Notes: generated from the sequence alone by a model not told the origin. A DNA stretch of 64,000 bases from Vicinamibacteria bacterium (GCA_963555995.3 OY821641.1:2912001-2976000), one strand, 5' to 3'. Numbered from the stretch's first letter, positions 10,667 through 19,561 are shown. A program made the numbers and translations.

Positions 10667-11101
10667 GTGAGGGTCGTAGTGGACACGAATGTCCTCGTCG
10701 CTGCCGTGTCCAGCCCGGACGGCGCCAGCCGCGAGGTGCTTCGGCGTTGCCTCCGTGGCGAGTACATCCCGCTACTGGGGGAGGCGCTCTTTCTGGAGTA
10801 CGAGGCCGTTCTTCGACGGAAGGAGCCGTTCGCCAAATCAATCGCGTCGCCTGAAGAGCGCCACACCCTGTGGGCAGCCATGGCAAATCGCTGCGAATGG
10901 GTCCGCGTTCACTACCTTTGGCGTCCCAACTTGCCGGACGAGGGCGACAACCACATCATGGAACTGGCGCTGGCCGGTGGCGCAGAGGCAATCGTCACTC
11001 ACAACACAGGAGACTTCCGGGGCGGCGACCTGCGTTTTCCCCAAGTGCGGGTCCTGACCCCCGCCAACTTGCTCACGGAGACCTCAAAATGGCGACAATG
11101 A
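10667..11101 (+). CDS. PIN-domain putative toxin
   Basis: VVDTNVLV, DEGDNHIMELA, IVTHNTGDF acidic residues. Confidence 0.9.
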   Translation: MRVVVDTNVLVAAVSSPDGASREVLRRCLRGEYIPLLGEALFLEYEAVLRRKEPFAKSIASPEERHTLWAAMANRCEWVRVHYLWRPNLPDEGDNHIMELALAGGAEAIVTHNTGDFRGGDLRFPQVRVLTPANLLTETSKWRQ

Positions 11102-11346
11102 CCATTCGTATTCCGGACGACACCCACGCACGTATCAAGCGCCTGGCGCGCCAACGCGGAATGAGCGTGAACCGCCTCATCGAGGAATTGAGCGTGATTG
11201 CCGTAACCCAGCACGACGCCGAGGCGCGTTTCCGGGCTCTCGCAGCACGCGGATCGGCGCGGGAGGGGCTCGCGCTTCTTGAGAAGCTCGACCGCGCGTT
11301 CGGCGCCGAGCGCTCCGCAGGCCATTCCGAGGAAAGGCCGGCATGA
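11089..11346 (+). CDS. Ribbon-helix-helix antitoxin-like protein
   Basis: MATMTIRIPDDTHARIKRLARQRGMSVNRLIEEL RHH pattern; overlaps the PIN gene. Confidence 0.8.
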   Translation: MATMTIRIPDDTHARIKRLARQRGMSVNRLIEELSVIAVTQHDAEARFRALAARGSAREGLALLEKLDRAFGAERSAGHSEERPA

Positions 11347-11912
11347 CCCGCGACGAGGCCTGGGCGCACCTGACGACCTGGTGCGAAACGGAATCGCTCC
11401 GCAACCACGCGCGCTCGGTGGAGATCGTCATGCGCGCGGCCGCCGGCCGCTACGGCGGACCGGATGCGGACGCCGAGGTGTGGGGCATTGCCGGGATGCT
11501 CCACGACGCCGACTACGAGAAGTGGCCGGAGGACCATCCGAACCGGATCGTGGCCTGGCTCCGGGAGCGCGGGGAGGAGGAAATCGCCTACGCGATCTCC
11601 GGCCACTACACGAAATGGGGCGTCGAGTGGAAGTCGCCGATGGACAGGGCGCTCCTCGCCTGCGACGAGCTCACCGGGTTCATCGTCGCCTGCTGCCTGG
11701 TGCGGCCCGAGGGGATCTCGACCCTGGGCGCCCGCAGCGTCAGGAAGAAGCTGAAGGACAAACGGTTCGCGGCGAAGGTGGAACGGCACGAGTGCCGCGT
11801 GGGCGCCGAGCTCCTCGGCGTGGACCTCGGCGAGCACATCGAGTTCATCGTGAGCGTGCTGAAGCCCCACGCCGGGGAACTCGGGATCACCGGCCGCCGG
11901 CTGGATTCCTGA
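11343..11912 (+). CDS. HD-domain (HDIG-like) hydrolase
   Basis: H...GMLHDADYE...H...H...ACDELTG; ATGA overlap with the antitoxin gene. Confidence 0.9.
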   Translation: MTRDEAWAHLTTWCETESLRNHARSVEIVMRAAAGRYGGPDADAEVWGIAGMLHDADYEKWPEDHPNRIVAWLRERGEEEIAYAISGHYTKWGVEWKSPMDRALLACDELTGFIVACCLVRPEGISTLGARSVRKKLKDKRFAAKVERHECRVGAELLGVDLGEHIEFIVSVLKPHAGELGITGRRLDS

Positions 11913-11943
11913 GAGCGAAAACGGACCGGCCAACCGAGCGCAT

Positions 11944-12293
11944 TAGTGACAGGAGCTCCCCGCCAAGAGATGGCGTTAGTGACAGGAGCTCCGGCCAACC
12001 GATCGCTCTAGTGACAGGAGCTCGACGGGGCAAACCGGGCGAAAGTCGTCCGAAAAACCGGATTTCGGGTCGCCTGGCCGGATTAGTGACAGGAGCTCCA
12101 CCGCCGAGACGGCGTTAGTGACAGGAGCTCGGCCGCCACCGGCGTGATTAGTGACGGTAGCTCCACCACCGAGACCGCGCTAGTGACAGGAGCTCACCGC
12201 GGAATTGCCGGATTAGTGACAGGAGCTGGACCTCCCGGCGCCGGTATAGTCGCAGGAGCTCGGCGTAACCGAAGCGAATAGTGACAGGAGCTC
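11944..12293. repeat. Array of ten 15-bp direct repeats TAGTGACAGGAGCTC with 17-18-bp variable spacers
   Basis: Copies start at 11944, 11977, 12009, 12084, 12116, 12149, 12181, 12214, 12247, 12279 (period 32-33, one 75-bp step); copies 6, 8 and 9 carry 1-2 mismatches. Confidence 0.95.
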
Positions 12294-12326
12294 CGGCAGC
12301 GCGTCCGGCAGTCATTCCCCGTCATC

Positions 12327-13367
12327 GTGGCCATCCTGGACCTGCGGCAATCGCCCCCTTCGGAAGCTCCCGGCGGAGACACCGCCACCACCGGAGAGGT
12401 CGAATCCGTTCGCGAAATGATCGAGTCCGGGGAGCCTCCCGGTCTCGACCGCATCCGGCGGTTCGTGCTGAAGCCGCGCCCGCGGCTCTGGAGATTCGGC
12501 GTCGGGATCTGGCTCTGGATGGTGCGGATCGCCGAGTGGTTCGTGCGCTTTTTCCGGTGGACTGGAGACCTGGCCGTGCGGCTCGCCCGCGCCGCGAGGC
12601 TCGCCGCGTTCCTCGGGCGGCGGACCCAGAACCTCGGGGCGCGGGTCGGCGCCGTCGGCCGGAACTGGAGTTCGGCGGAAGGCCGGCTCGGAGCGGCGGG
12701 TGGGTGGCTGGAGCGATGCGGCGCGCGTCTCGTCGGGGGAGGCGCGAACCTCGCCCAGGTCGGGGACGGCGTGACCGAACTGACGACCCGGGCGGCCCGG
12801 TTCCTGGCCGGCGCTCCCGACGCCGGCAGCGGAAAGCCGCACCCGGCGAACGCCCCTCCGACGGCGACGCCGCCCCCGCCCCGGTCGAGGCGAGGCAGGC
12901 GGCGGGCCACGGACGTCGCGGCGGGTCCGCAGCCGTCCCCCGCGGAGCGCGGCCCGCTTCCGGCCGCCAATGTGGAGGACTCCCCGAAGACCGTCCCGGC
13001 GCCCCCGGTTGTCACGAGCGCGCCGCAGCCCCCGCCCGGCGACCCCCGTCCGTCGGCCGCCGCCGCCGATCCGCCGCCCCTGCCCGACGACCTGCCGTTC
13101 TACCTCCGGAACCAGATCGAACACCTCGGCCAGCGACCGCGCCGGGAAACGGTCGAGAAGCTCATTCTGGCGTTGACCGAAGATCGGGGCTGGCTGGAGC
13201 CGGTCCAGCTCGCGGCGTGGCTCGGCATGACGGTGCCGTATCTGTCGCGGCGGTATCTCGGTCCCATGACGGAGGCCGGCCAACTCGTGCGCCGCTATCC
13301 GAACCGGCCCACGCACCCGGATCAGGCCTATCGTTCGGCGCTCGGCGGCGCGGCCCCGCACCCGTGA
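12327..13367 (+). CDS. Hypothetical protein: amphipathic/hydrophobic N-terminus, Pro-rich linker, C-terminal winged HTH
   Basis: Trp-rich segment LWRFGVGIWLWMVRIAEWFVRFFRW; C-terminal LAAWLGMTVPYLSRRYLGPMTEAGQLVRRYPNRPTHPDQAY resembles the wHTH tail of Fic-like/AlbA-RecG-type proteins. Confidence 0.7.
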   Translation: MAILDLRQSPPSEAPGGDTATTGEVESVREMIESGEPPGLDRIRRFVLKPRPRLWRFGVGIWLWMVRIAEWFVRFFRWTGDLAVRLARAARLAAFLGRRTQNLGARVGAVGRNWSSAEGRLGAAGGWLERCGARLVGGGANLAQVGDGVTELTTRAARFLAGAPDAGSGKPHPANAPPTATPPPPRSRRGRRRATDVAAGPQPSPAERGPLPAANVEDSPKTVPAPPVVTSAPQPPPGDPRPSAAAADPPPLPDDLPFYLRNQIEHLGQRPRRETVEKLILALTEDRGWLEPVQLAAWLGMTVPYLSRRYLGPMTEAGQLVRRYPNRPTHPDQAYRSALGGAAPHP

Positions 13368-13427
13368 CCGCTCCCGATCCGTCCAACACTACAGACAAAC
13401 TACAATTGGACGCATCGAGGACTTCCC

Positions 13428-13724
13428 ATGGCGATCAACCTGACCCACCGGCCCGATCTGGAACACCGGATCGAACGGCTGGCCTCGCGGTTCGGAATGA
13501 ACGGGCGGGGGCGCAAGACGGCGGTGATCGAGCGGGCGCTCACGGCACTCGAGGCGCAGAACGCGCCGATGTCTCCGGAAGAGATACAGGCGTCGCTCGC
13601 TCAATTCACGCATGGCGACCAGATCGCCGCGGAACTTGCGGACGATCCTGAACTCGATCACAGCAAGCCCCTGTCCCAAGCGCTTCAGGACGTCCTGTAC
13701 GACGAATACGGCCTACCCAAGTGA
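13428..13724 (+). CDS. VapB-like antitoxin
   Basis: MAINL..PDLE...RLA...KTAVIERAL and C-terminal LYDEYGLPK; GTGA overlap with the PIN gene. Confidence 0.75.
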   Translation: MAINLTHRPDLEHRIERLASRFGMNGRGRKTAVIERALTALEAQNAPMSPEEIQASLAQFTHGDQIAAELADDPELDHSKPLSQALQDVLYDEYGLPK

Positions 13725-14116
13725 TCGTCCTGGACACGTCTGCCGTGGTGGCGATCGTGCGGGAGGAACCGGAGCGGGATCGTTTCCGGGAGGAGATAGA
13801 GCGTGCCGGCGTGGTCCTGGTGTCCGCTGGAAGTTGCATCGAGCTCGCCGCCGTCGCGGGCCGCTCGGACAGGCTCCGGACAGATGTCGCCAGGTTCCTC
13901 CAACAGCCGTTCGTCAGGATCGAACCGGTCACGATGGCCCAGGCCGAGATGGCGGCGGACGCATTCGAGGCGTGGGGCAAGGGCCACCATCCGGCGGGCC
14001 TGAACCTCGGGGACATGTTCGCCTATCTGCTGGCGCGGGAACGGGACCTCCCGCTGCTGTTCAAGGGAAACGACTTCGCCCGGACGGACGTAAGGAACGC
14101 ACTCGAAGACGAGTGA
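13721..14116 (+). CDS. vapC: VapC PIN-domain toxin
   Basis: IVLDTSAVVAI, GKGHHPAGLNLGD, PLLFKGNDF. Confidence 0.9.
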   Translation: MIVLDTSAVVAIVREEPERDRFREEIERAGVVLVSAGSCIELAAVAGRSDRLRTDVARFLQQPFVRIEPVTMAQAEMAADAFEAWGKGHHPAGLNLGDMFAYLLARERDLPLLFKGNDFARTDVRNALEDE

Positions 14117-14132
14117 CGGAACGGAGGACCGG

Positions 14133-14618
14133 ATGCGCACGTCGCGATGGATCGCCGCCGCCATGGCGGCCGGCATGGCTCTGGGAGGGGTAGCGATGAC
14201 GAAGGGACAACCGGCTCACGACGCGGTCTCGCGTCACCTGGTGGCGGAAGCGATGCTGGCAGCCCACTTCGTGGACGCCGCGGTCAGGGCGGGGATGGAC
14301 CGGGCCGCGATCAACGCGGTGCTGAGCCGCATCGCGGACGAAACCGTCATCTCCGAGTTCTGGGTGAGCGACGAGAACGGCGAGATCGCGTTCACCAACG
14401 TCGAGGGCGCGAACTTCGCGTTTCCCACCGATCCGTCGGCGGACTCCCAGGCGGCCCCGTTCGCGGCGCTCCTGACCGGGGACCGGACCGTCGTGGTGCA
14501 GGAACCGGGGCCGCGCGTGCTCGACGGGGCGGTCTTCCAATACGTCGGCGTCGCCGGGGTGGATCAGACCCGGATCGTCCAGGTCGGACTGTCGGCGGCG
14601 GAACTCGACGAGCCCTGA
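14133..14618 (+). CDS. Secreted hypothetical protein, Cache-like sensory fold suspected
   Basis: Signal peptide; EFWVSDENG and FQYVGVAGVD...IVQVG resemble sensor periplasmic domains. Confidence 0.55.
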   Translation: MRTSRWIAAAMAAGMALGGVAMTKGQPAHDAVSRHLVAEAMLAAHFVDAAVRAGMDRAAINAVLSRIADETVISEFWVSDENGEIAFTNVEGANFAFPTDPSADSQAAPFAALLTGDRTVVVQEPGPRVLDGAVFQYVGVAGVDQTRIVQVGLSAAELDEP

Positions 14619-14730
14619 CGGCGGGGCCGGCAGGGACCGCCGACCTCCAGGTCGGCACTGCTGCGCGCAGCCCGGCGAAGTGTCTGTTTCGCTCGTGCCT
14701 GAGGGACGCACCCCAGAAGGAGGGATCGGG

Positions 14731-14786
14731 ATGCGCCAAACCCGATGGATTGCCGCCGCGATGGCGGGCGGCATGGCTCTGGGAGG
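14731..14786 (+). pseudogene. Truncated 5' end of a paralogue of the 14133 gene
   Basis: MRQTRWIAAAMAGGMALGG vs MRTSRWIAAAMAAGMALGG, with its own RBS; similarity stops abruptly. Confidence 0.65.
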
Positions 14787-15106
14787 ACCGTGGACCCGAG
14801 TGACCAGCTTTTGGGCGTTTCCGACGGCCCTTCTTTCGCTTCGGAGTGCTGAGAAGGACGCGCGCGATCCGCTCGATGTTCTCCTCGGTCAGCTCCCGTT
14901 CGATAGGGACTTCGGGCGGAGGGAGGCGCTTCTCGGTCACCACGGACCGAGAACTACCGCAACTCGAACATCCCGTATCATCGGGTCTGCAACAATCAGC
15001 GAGCGCCCGCCGCCTGACTGCGGGACGCTCATCCTCTCTCGTCTTGCCGGGATTTCTTCCTCGCCCTCAGTATCGCCATGACGTTCAGAGCGTGTAGCGG
15101 CCCCGA

Positions 15107-16528
15107 GTGAACGCCAACACCCTCTACTACGGAGACTGCCTCGACTGGATGAGGCAATGGCCGGATCAGTCCGTGGACCTGATCTACCTCGACCCGCCGT
15201 TCAACTCCAACGCCGACTACAACATGCTCTATTCGAGCGCGGCCGGGGCGGCTCAGTACCGAGCCTTCAATGACACCTGGTATTGGGACGAAGGGGCCGC
15301 GGAGCGGTATGAGGTCTATCAGGGCGCACCAGGACGGCCTGCTCGTAGCGCCGTGATGGGGATGGCTCAGATCTTCGGGCGCTCGGGAATGCTCGCCTAC
15401 CTGACCTATATGGCGGAGCGGCTAGAGCAGATGCACCGGCTCCTGCGGCCTACCGGGAGCATCTACCTCCACTGCGACCCGACCGCGAGCCACGGGCTGA
15501 AGCTCCTCATGGACTCCATTTTCGGGAGTCGCAGTTTCCGGAACGAAATCGTTTGGTGCTACACGGGTCCGGGATCGCCCGGACAACGGCAGTTCAGCCG
15601 AAAGCACGACACGATCTTCTGGTACTCAAAATCGGACCATTGGTGCTTCAACGCGGACGCGGTAAGGGTTCGGCATCACACCAAGACGAAAGCCAATTTC
15701 AAGGACGGTCTTCGAGGGTCGGGGTTCGTAGCCGATACATACGACCTGGATTCCGGGGGGAAGATCCCGGAATCATGGTGGGCACAGCAAAAGGGAAACG
15801 GCTTGGCTATTGCCGCCCGGCAAAAGAGGCAGTATCTCGGGTATCCGACTCAGAAACCCGTCGCGCTCTTGGAGCGAATCATCCGGGCGAGTTCCAATCC
15901 GGGCGATCTTGTCCTCGATCCGTTCTGTGGGTGCGGAACTGCGATTGAGGCCGCTCACAGACTCAACCGTCGGTGGATCGGGGTAGACATTTCCTCATTT
16001 GCTATCGACCTCATCCGGCGCGAGCGGATGAAGGGCATGAAGATTCCGACCAAGGGAATCCCGCAAGATGTGGATTCCGCCCGAAAAATGGCCCGCGAGC
16101 AGCCCTTCGCCTTCGAGTCATGGGCCGTGACCCGGCTCCCCGGCTTTGCCCCGAACACGAAACAGGTAGCAGACGGCGGAGTAGATGGCCGGGGGATGCT
16201 CGTGGAGAAGCCTGAGGACTTCAATTCCCGGCTGGCGCTTGCTCAGGTGAAGGGCGGGAAGTTCAGCCTTTCGGGACTCCGGGACTTCATCGGAGTAACG
16301 AAGCGGGACGAAGCGGCGCTCGGGTGCTATGTCACGCTCGACCCCGTGAATACGCCAGCAGCGAGAGCGGAGGTCGCGGGACTCGGGAAGATCAGGGTTG
16401 CCGGGCGGGAGTTCCGGCGGATGAGCCTTTGGCCTGTCTCCGACTACTTCGACGGACGGCTCCCGATCCTCCCGAGCATGACGGACCCGTATACAGGGCG
16501 GCCGATGGCCCCGTCGCTGTTCCGCTAG
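15107..16528 (+). CDS. N6-adenine/N4-cytosine DNA methyltransferase with C-terminal Mrr-like nuclease domain
   Basis: DPPF motif precedes YPTQKP and DPFCGCGT (beta-class order); C-terminal FESWAV...DGGVDG...AQVK. Confidence 0.9.
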   Translation: MNANTLYYGDCLDWMRQWPDQSVDLIYLDPPFNSNADYNMLYSSAAGAAQYRAFNDTWYWDEGAAERYEVYQGAPGRPARSAVMGMAQIFGRSGMLAYLTYMAERLEQMHRLLRPTGSIYLHCDPTASHGLKLLMDSIFGSRSFRNEIVWCYTGPGSPGQRQFSRKHDTIFWYSKSDHWCFNADAVRVRHHTKTKANFKDGLRGSGFVADTYDLDSGGKIPESWWAQQKGNGLAIAARQKRQYLGYPTQKPVALLERIIRASSNPGDLVLDPFCGCGTAIEAAHRLNRRWIGVDISSFAIDLIRRERMKGMKIPTKGIPQDVDSARKMAREQPFAFESWAVTRLPGFAPNTKQVADGGVDGRGMLVEKPEDFNSRLALAQVKGGKFSLSGLRDFIGVTKRDEAALGCYVTLDPVNTPAARAEVAGLGKIRVAGREFRRMSLWPVSDYFDGRLPILPSMTDPYTGRPMAPSLFR

Positions 16529-16569
16529 GCCGTCAGGTCGGCGTAGGTGAAGCGCTTCCCCGCCATCCC
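16525..16569 (-). pseudogene. Remnant 3' end of an IS1595-family transposase
   Basis: Minus strand encodes GMAGKRFTYADLTA*, matching the GKRLTYxxL C-terminus of IS1595 transposases; no upstream ORF remains. Confidence 0.55.
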
Positions 16570-16711
16570 TCCGTTCGCGGTAGATGGTCCATGGCGGCGG
16601 TCCCTACCGCCAGGCCAAGACGACCGTAGGCTAAACCGCGTGAAGACTCGCGGCTCTTGAAGCGCGGTCGCTTGGCCATACCGGTCTACGACAGGCGCTC
16701 CTTCCTTCCCC

Positions 16712-19561
16712 TCAGAACCCGACGCGAGCGGTGCGGTTCCTGTCCCGTGACTGGGTGACCAGTTCGGACGCGATCTGCTCGGGGTCTTCGAGAAAGCCGA
16801 GCTTCTCAGCGCGCTCGTGGACCAGGGCGAAGTCGGCCGGGACCAGGCGCGTCAGTGTCCGCACCCGCGCCAGGCAATCGCCGCCGAAGAAGAACGTCCA
16901 GGCGCGGACGACGCGGGGTTCGTCGAGGAACTTGAAGGTCGCCCGGAAGAGGAACCGGCGGGCCACCGCCGGGTCCAGCCGGTCAGCGAGGTTCGTGGTG
17001 AAAGCGTAGGGCAGGTCGTGGGCCTCGAGCTGGCTCAGCATCTCGTTCACGTGGCTGATCTCCCAGTTGCGGTGGGCGCCGCGCCGGTCGGCGAGGAAGG
17101 AGTCCGCCTCGTCAATGATGAGGAAGCTGCCCGTCGCGCGCGCCTCGGCGAAGGCCCCCGCGATCTGCTGCTCGGTCTCCCCGATGTATGGGGTCATCAG
17201 TTCGGAAGCGCGCTTCGTCAGAGGATCGAGACCAATCCGCTTCGCAAGCTGCTTTGCGTACTCGGATTTGCCGCTCCCGGACGGACCGTCGAGCAGGATC
17301 CCCAGCCGGCGGCGGCCGATCTTCACGATGCGTTCGGTCAAGGCGGCGATATCCGGCTCGGCGTGGACCAGGGAGAAGTCGTACTTTTCCACCGCCTTCG
17401 CCTCGGCCGTCCGCTTCCCGCGCAGGAGCCGGGCCTTCTCCCGAACGGCGCGCCGCGCCGCATCCGCTCCCCCGCCCGAGAGCGTGGCCACGAGACCGGC
17501 ATTCCGGACCTGCCGCGGCGTGACGCGGCGGTCGGCGGCAAGTTCGTCCGCGACGGCGTCCAGGTCCGCCGAGCCGCCCGCGGCCAGCAGCTTCCGGAAC
17601 ATCGCGACCCGACGGTCCCGGGGCACGTGCTGGAACTCCAGCGAGTAGGTGAGACGGTCGAGAAAATAGGGGAGGTAGCGGCGGAGGTCGCGGATCGAGT
17701 TTGCGGTGAACAGCAGTGGCACCCGGCTCTTCTCCACCAGTCCGTTGAGCCACTGTTTGCACTCGGAGAACGCGAAATCCTCCAACTCGTCGAAAAGGAT
17801 CACGGCATCGGGCTCGTCCGTCAGCGCCTCGACGGCGTATTCGAGACTCACACGCCGCGGTACCGGAAGGCGCGACTCGGGACCGTGTTCCCGTTCTCCA
17901 ACCGAATAGAGCGTGGCCCCGGTCTCCGCGGCGAGGGTTCGGCAGAACTCGGTCTTGCCGCACCCGGGAGGGCCGTAGGCCAGGAAGGCAATCCCGCGAC
18001 CTTCGGGACGGCCGTCCCTTCGCGCGGAAAGCGCCTCCGTGAACACGCGGCGGAAGTCGTCGGCGCTCTGACCGAGATGCCCGAAGGCATCCCAGCGAAG
18101 GTCGGCGCCGACCGGCGCCCCCAGGCGCGGCCGGCGGATGTGGGTCGAGACGGTCCGCTCGTGGCGTTCGGCGAAGCGGAAGAGGTCCTCCGGGGAACCC
18201 TGAATCAACGACGTGGAACGAATGGCGCGTTCGATGATGCCGGGCGGGCACTCCAGCTCGTCGGCCAGACGGACGGCAAGCGGTTCCAGTGCCTTACCCC
18301 GCACGCTCTCGATCCCGGAGTTCGTCAGCATCCGGCGCACCACCGAGCGGCGCCGGGTGGGACTGTGCGCCTTGAAGTGAATCGTCAGATCAAAGCGGCG
18401 GAGCATCGCCTCGTCGAACCGGGAGAGGTCGTTACCGGTGAACACGACGGGAACGGCGGCGTTCTCCAGCAGGCCGTGGTTTTCCCGGCGGCCGCCGTCG
18501 CTGGACGACAACACGTCCTCCACCTCGTCGCACAGGATGGCCGCGCCGGGTTCGCTGCTGAGCAGCGCGAGCGCCATCCGGAGGCGGTTCCGTTTGTCCG
18601 CCGAGCGGTCCATCCGGCGATCGGTCCGCTCCTCCTTCCAGACGCCGCCGGGCTCGGGCTCGCAGAGGTCGTAGAGGCGGCCTCCGCACTCGCGGACCAG
18701 CGTCTTCGCGAATTCCGTCTTGCCGGTGCCTGCCCGGCCGTAGAAGAGCAGGCGGACGCTTTCGCGGGACTTGTTCGCGGCGGTGAGGAGACGGACCGCG
18801 TCCTCCCGGGCGTTGAGGTGGTCGAACGCTTCCATCTCCAGGAGCGGCTCCGGCGCGGGTGGCACCAGGCGCTCCCGGAGCTCCCCTTCATCGGCGACCG
18901 GGGGCCGGTAAACGCAATCGAACCAGCCCTCCACGTAGTCGTCGGGCTGCGCCCCGTTTCGGCTCCAGTTCCCGGCGTCGGCGATGCCGACCTCCGTCAG
19001 CCGGCGCAGCGATTTCTCGACGCGGCCCCGGGAAGTCCCGAGCAGGACCGCGCTCGCCTCCAGCGGATCGCCCAGGGCATCCTTCACGGTGTCCCAGAGA
19101 TTCTCCACCGGCGACCTGCGGTCGTCGTAGAGGCGCGCGAGCTCGAGGAGCGGGCCGCACGCCTCGTCAAGCTGGAAGCGGCGCACCGCGAGCGCCGTGG
19201 CGCGCGCCTCGGCCCCTGCGGCGGGTGGCTCGGCGACGGACCGCTCCACGGCGTCGGCCGCCCAGGCCAGGAACTCCTTTGCCTGTTCGCGCGCGGGCGC
19301 CCGGCCGTTGCCGGTCGCGCGCCGGCGGCGGGGGCGTTTCCGCCGGCCTCCGAAGGCGAAGTGGGGGTCGCCCTCGTCCACGTCGTCGAGGCCCGACTCC
19401 CGGAACTTCACCGCCAGGAATCCGGCACCCACCATCTCGAGTTCGTCCTCGCTGGCCCCGATCCAGCCAAGGAGCTTCGTTGCGAGCGGCTTGTCCCGCA
19501 GGGCGCGGTGGAGCGCGGCCATCAGGTAGCCGCGGGTCAGGAAACGGTCGTACTTCTTCAA
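16712..19561 (-). CDS. AAA+ ATPase with three AAA modules
   Basis: Walker A GRAGTGKT, GPPGCGKT, GPSGSGKS; Walker B ILCDE, ILFDE, LIIDE; arginine-finger motifs MLRRF, FLDRL, VARRF. Confidence 0.85.
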   Translation of the reverse strand: MKKYDRFLTRGYLMAALHRALRDKPLATKLLGWIGASEDELEMVGAGFLAVKFRESGLDDVDEGDPHFAFGGRRKRPRRRRATGNGRAPAREQAKEFLAWAADAVERSVAEPPAAGAEARATALAVRRFQLDEACGPLLELARLYDDRRSPVENLWDTVKDALGDPLEASAVLLGTSRGRVEKSLRRLTEVGIADAGNWSRNGAQPDDYVEGWFDCVYRPPVADEGELRERLVPPAPEPLLEMEAFDHLNAREDAVRLLTAANKSRESVRLLFYGRAGTGKTEFAKTLVRECGGRLYDLCEPEPGGVWKEERTDRRMDRSADKRNRLRMALALLSSEPGAAILCDEVEDVLSSSDGGRRENHGLLENAAVPVVFTGNDLSRFDEAMLRRFDLTIHFKAHSPTRRRSVVRRMLTNSGIESVRGKALEPLAVRLADELECPPGIIERAIRSTSLIQGSPEDLFRFAERHERTVSTHIRRPRLGAPVGADLRWDAFGHLGQSADDFRRVFTEALSARRDGRPEGRGIAFLAYGPPGCGKTEFCRTLAAETGATLYSVGEREHGPESRLPVPRRVSLEYAVEALTDEPDAVILFDELEDFAFSECKQWLNGLVEKSRVPLLFTANSIRDLRRYLPYFLDRLTYSLEFQHVPRDRRVAMFRKLLAAGGSADLDAVADELAADRRVTPRQVRNAGLVATLSGGGADAARRAVREKARLLRGKRTAEAKAVEKYDFSLVHAEPDIAALTERIVKIGRRRLGILLDGPSGSGKSEYAKQLAKRIGLDPLTKRASELMTPYIGETEQQIAGAFAEARATGSFLIIDEADSFLADRRGAHRNWEISHVNEMLSQLEAHDLPYAFTTNLADRLDPAVARRFLFRATFKFLDEPRVVRAWTFFFGGDCLARVRTLTRLVPADFALVHERAEKLGFLEDPEQIASELVTQSRDRNRTARVGF

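Noticed and set aside
11944-12293. CRISPR or TIGR array interpretation
   Set aside because: Repeats (15 bp) and spacers (17-18 bp) are too short for CRISPR, spacers are related to one another, and no cas or Nop-domain gene is visible.
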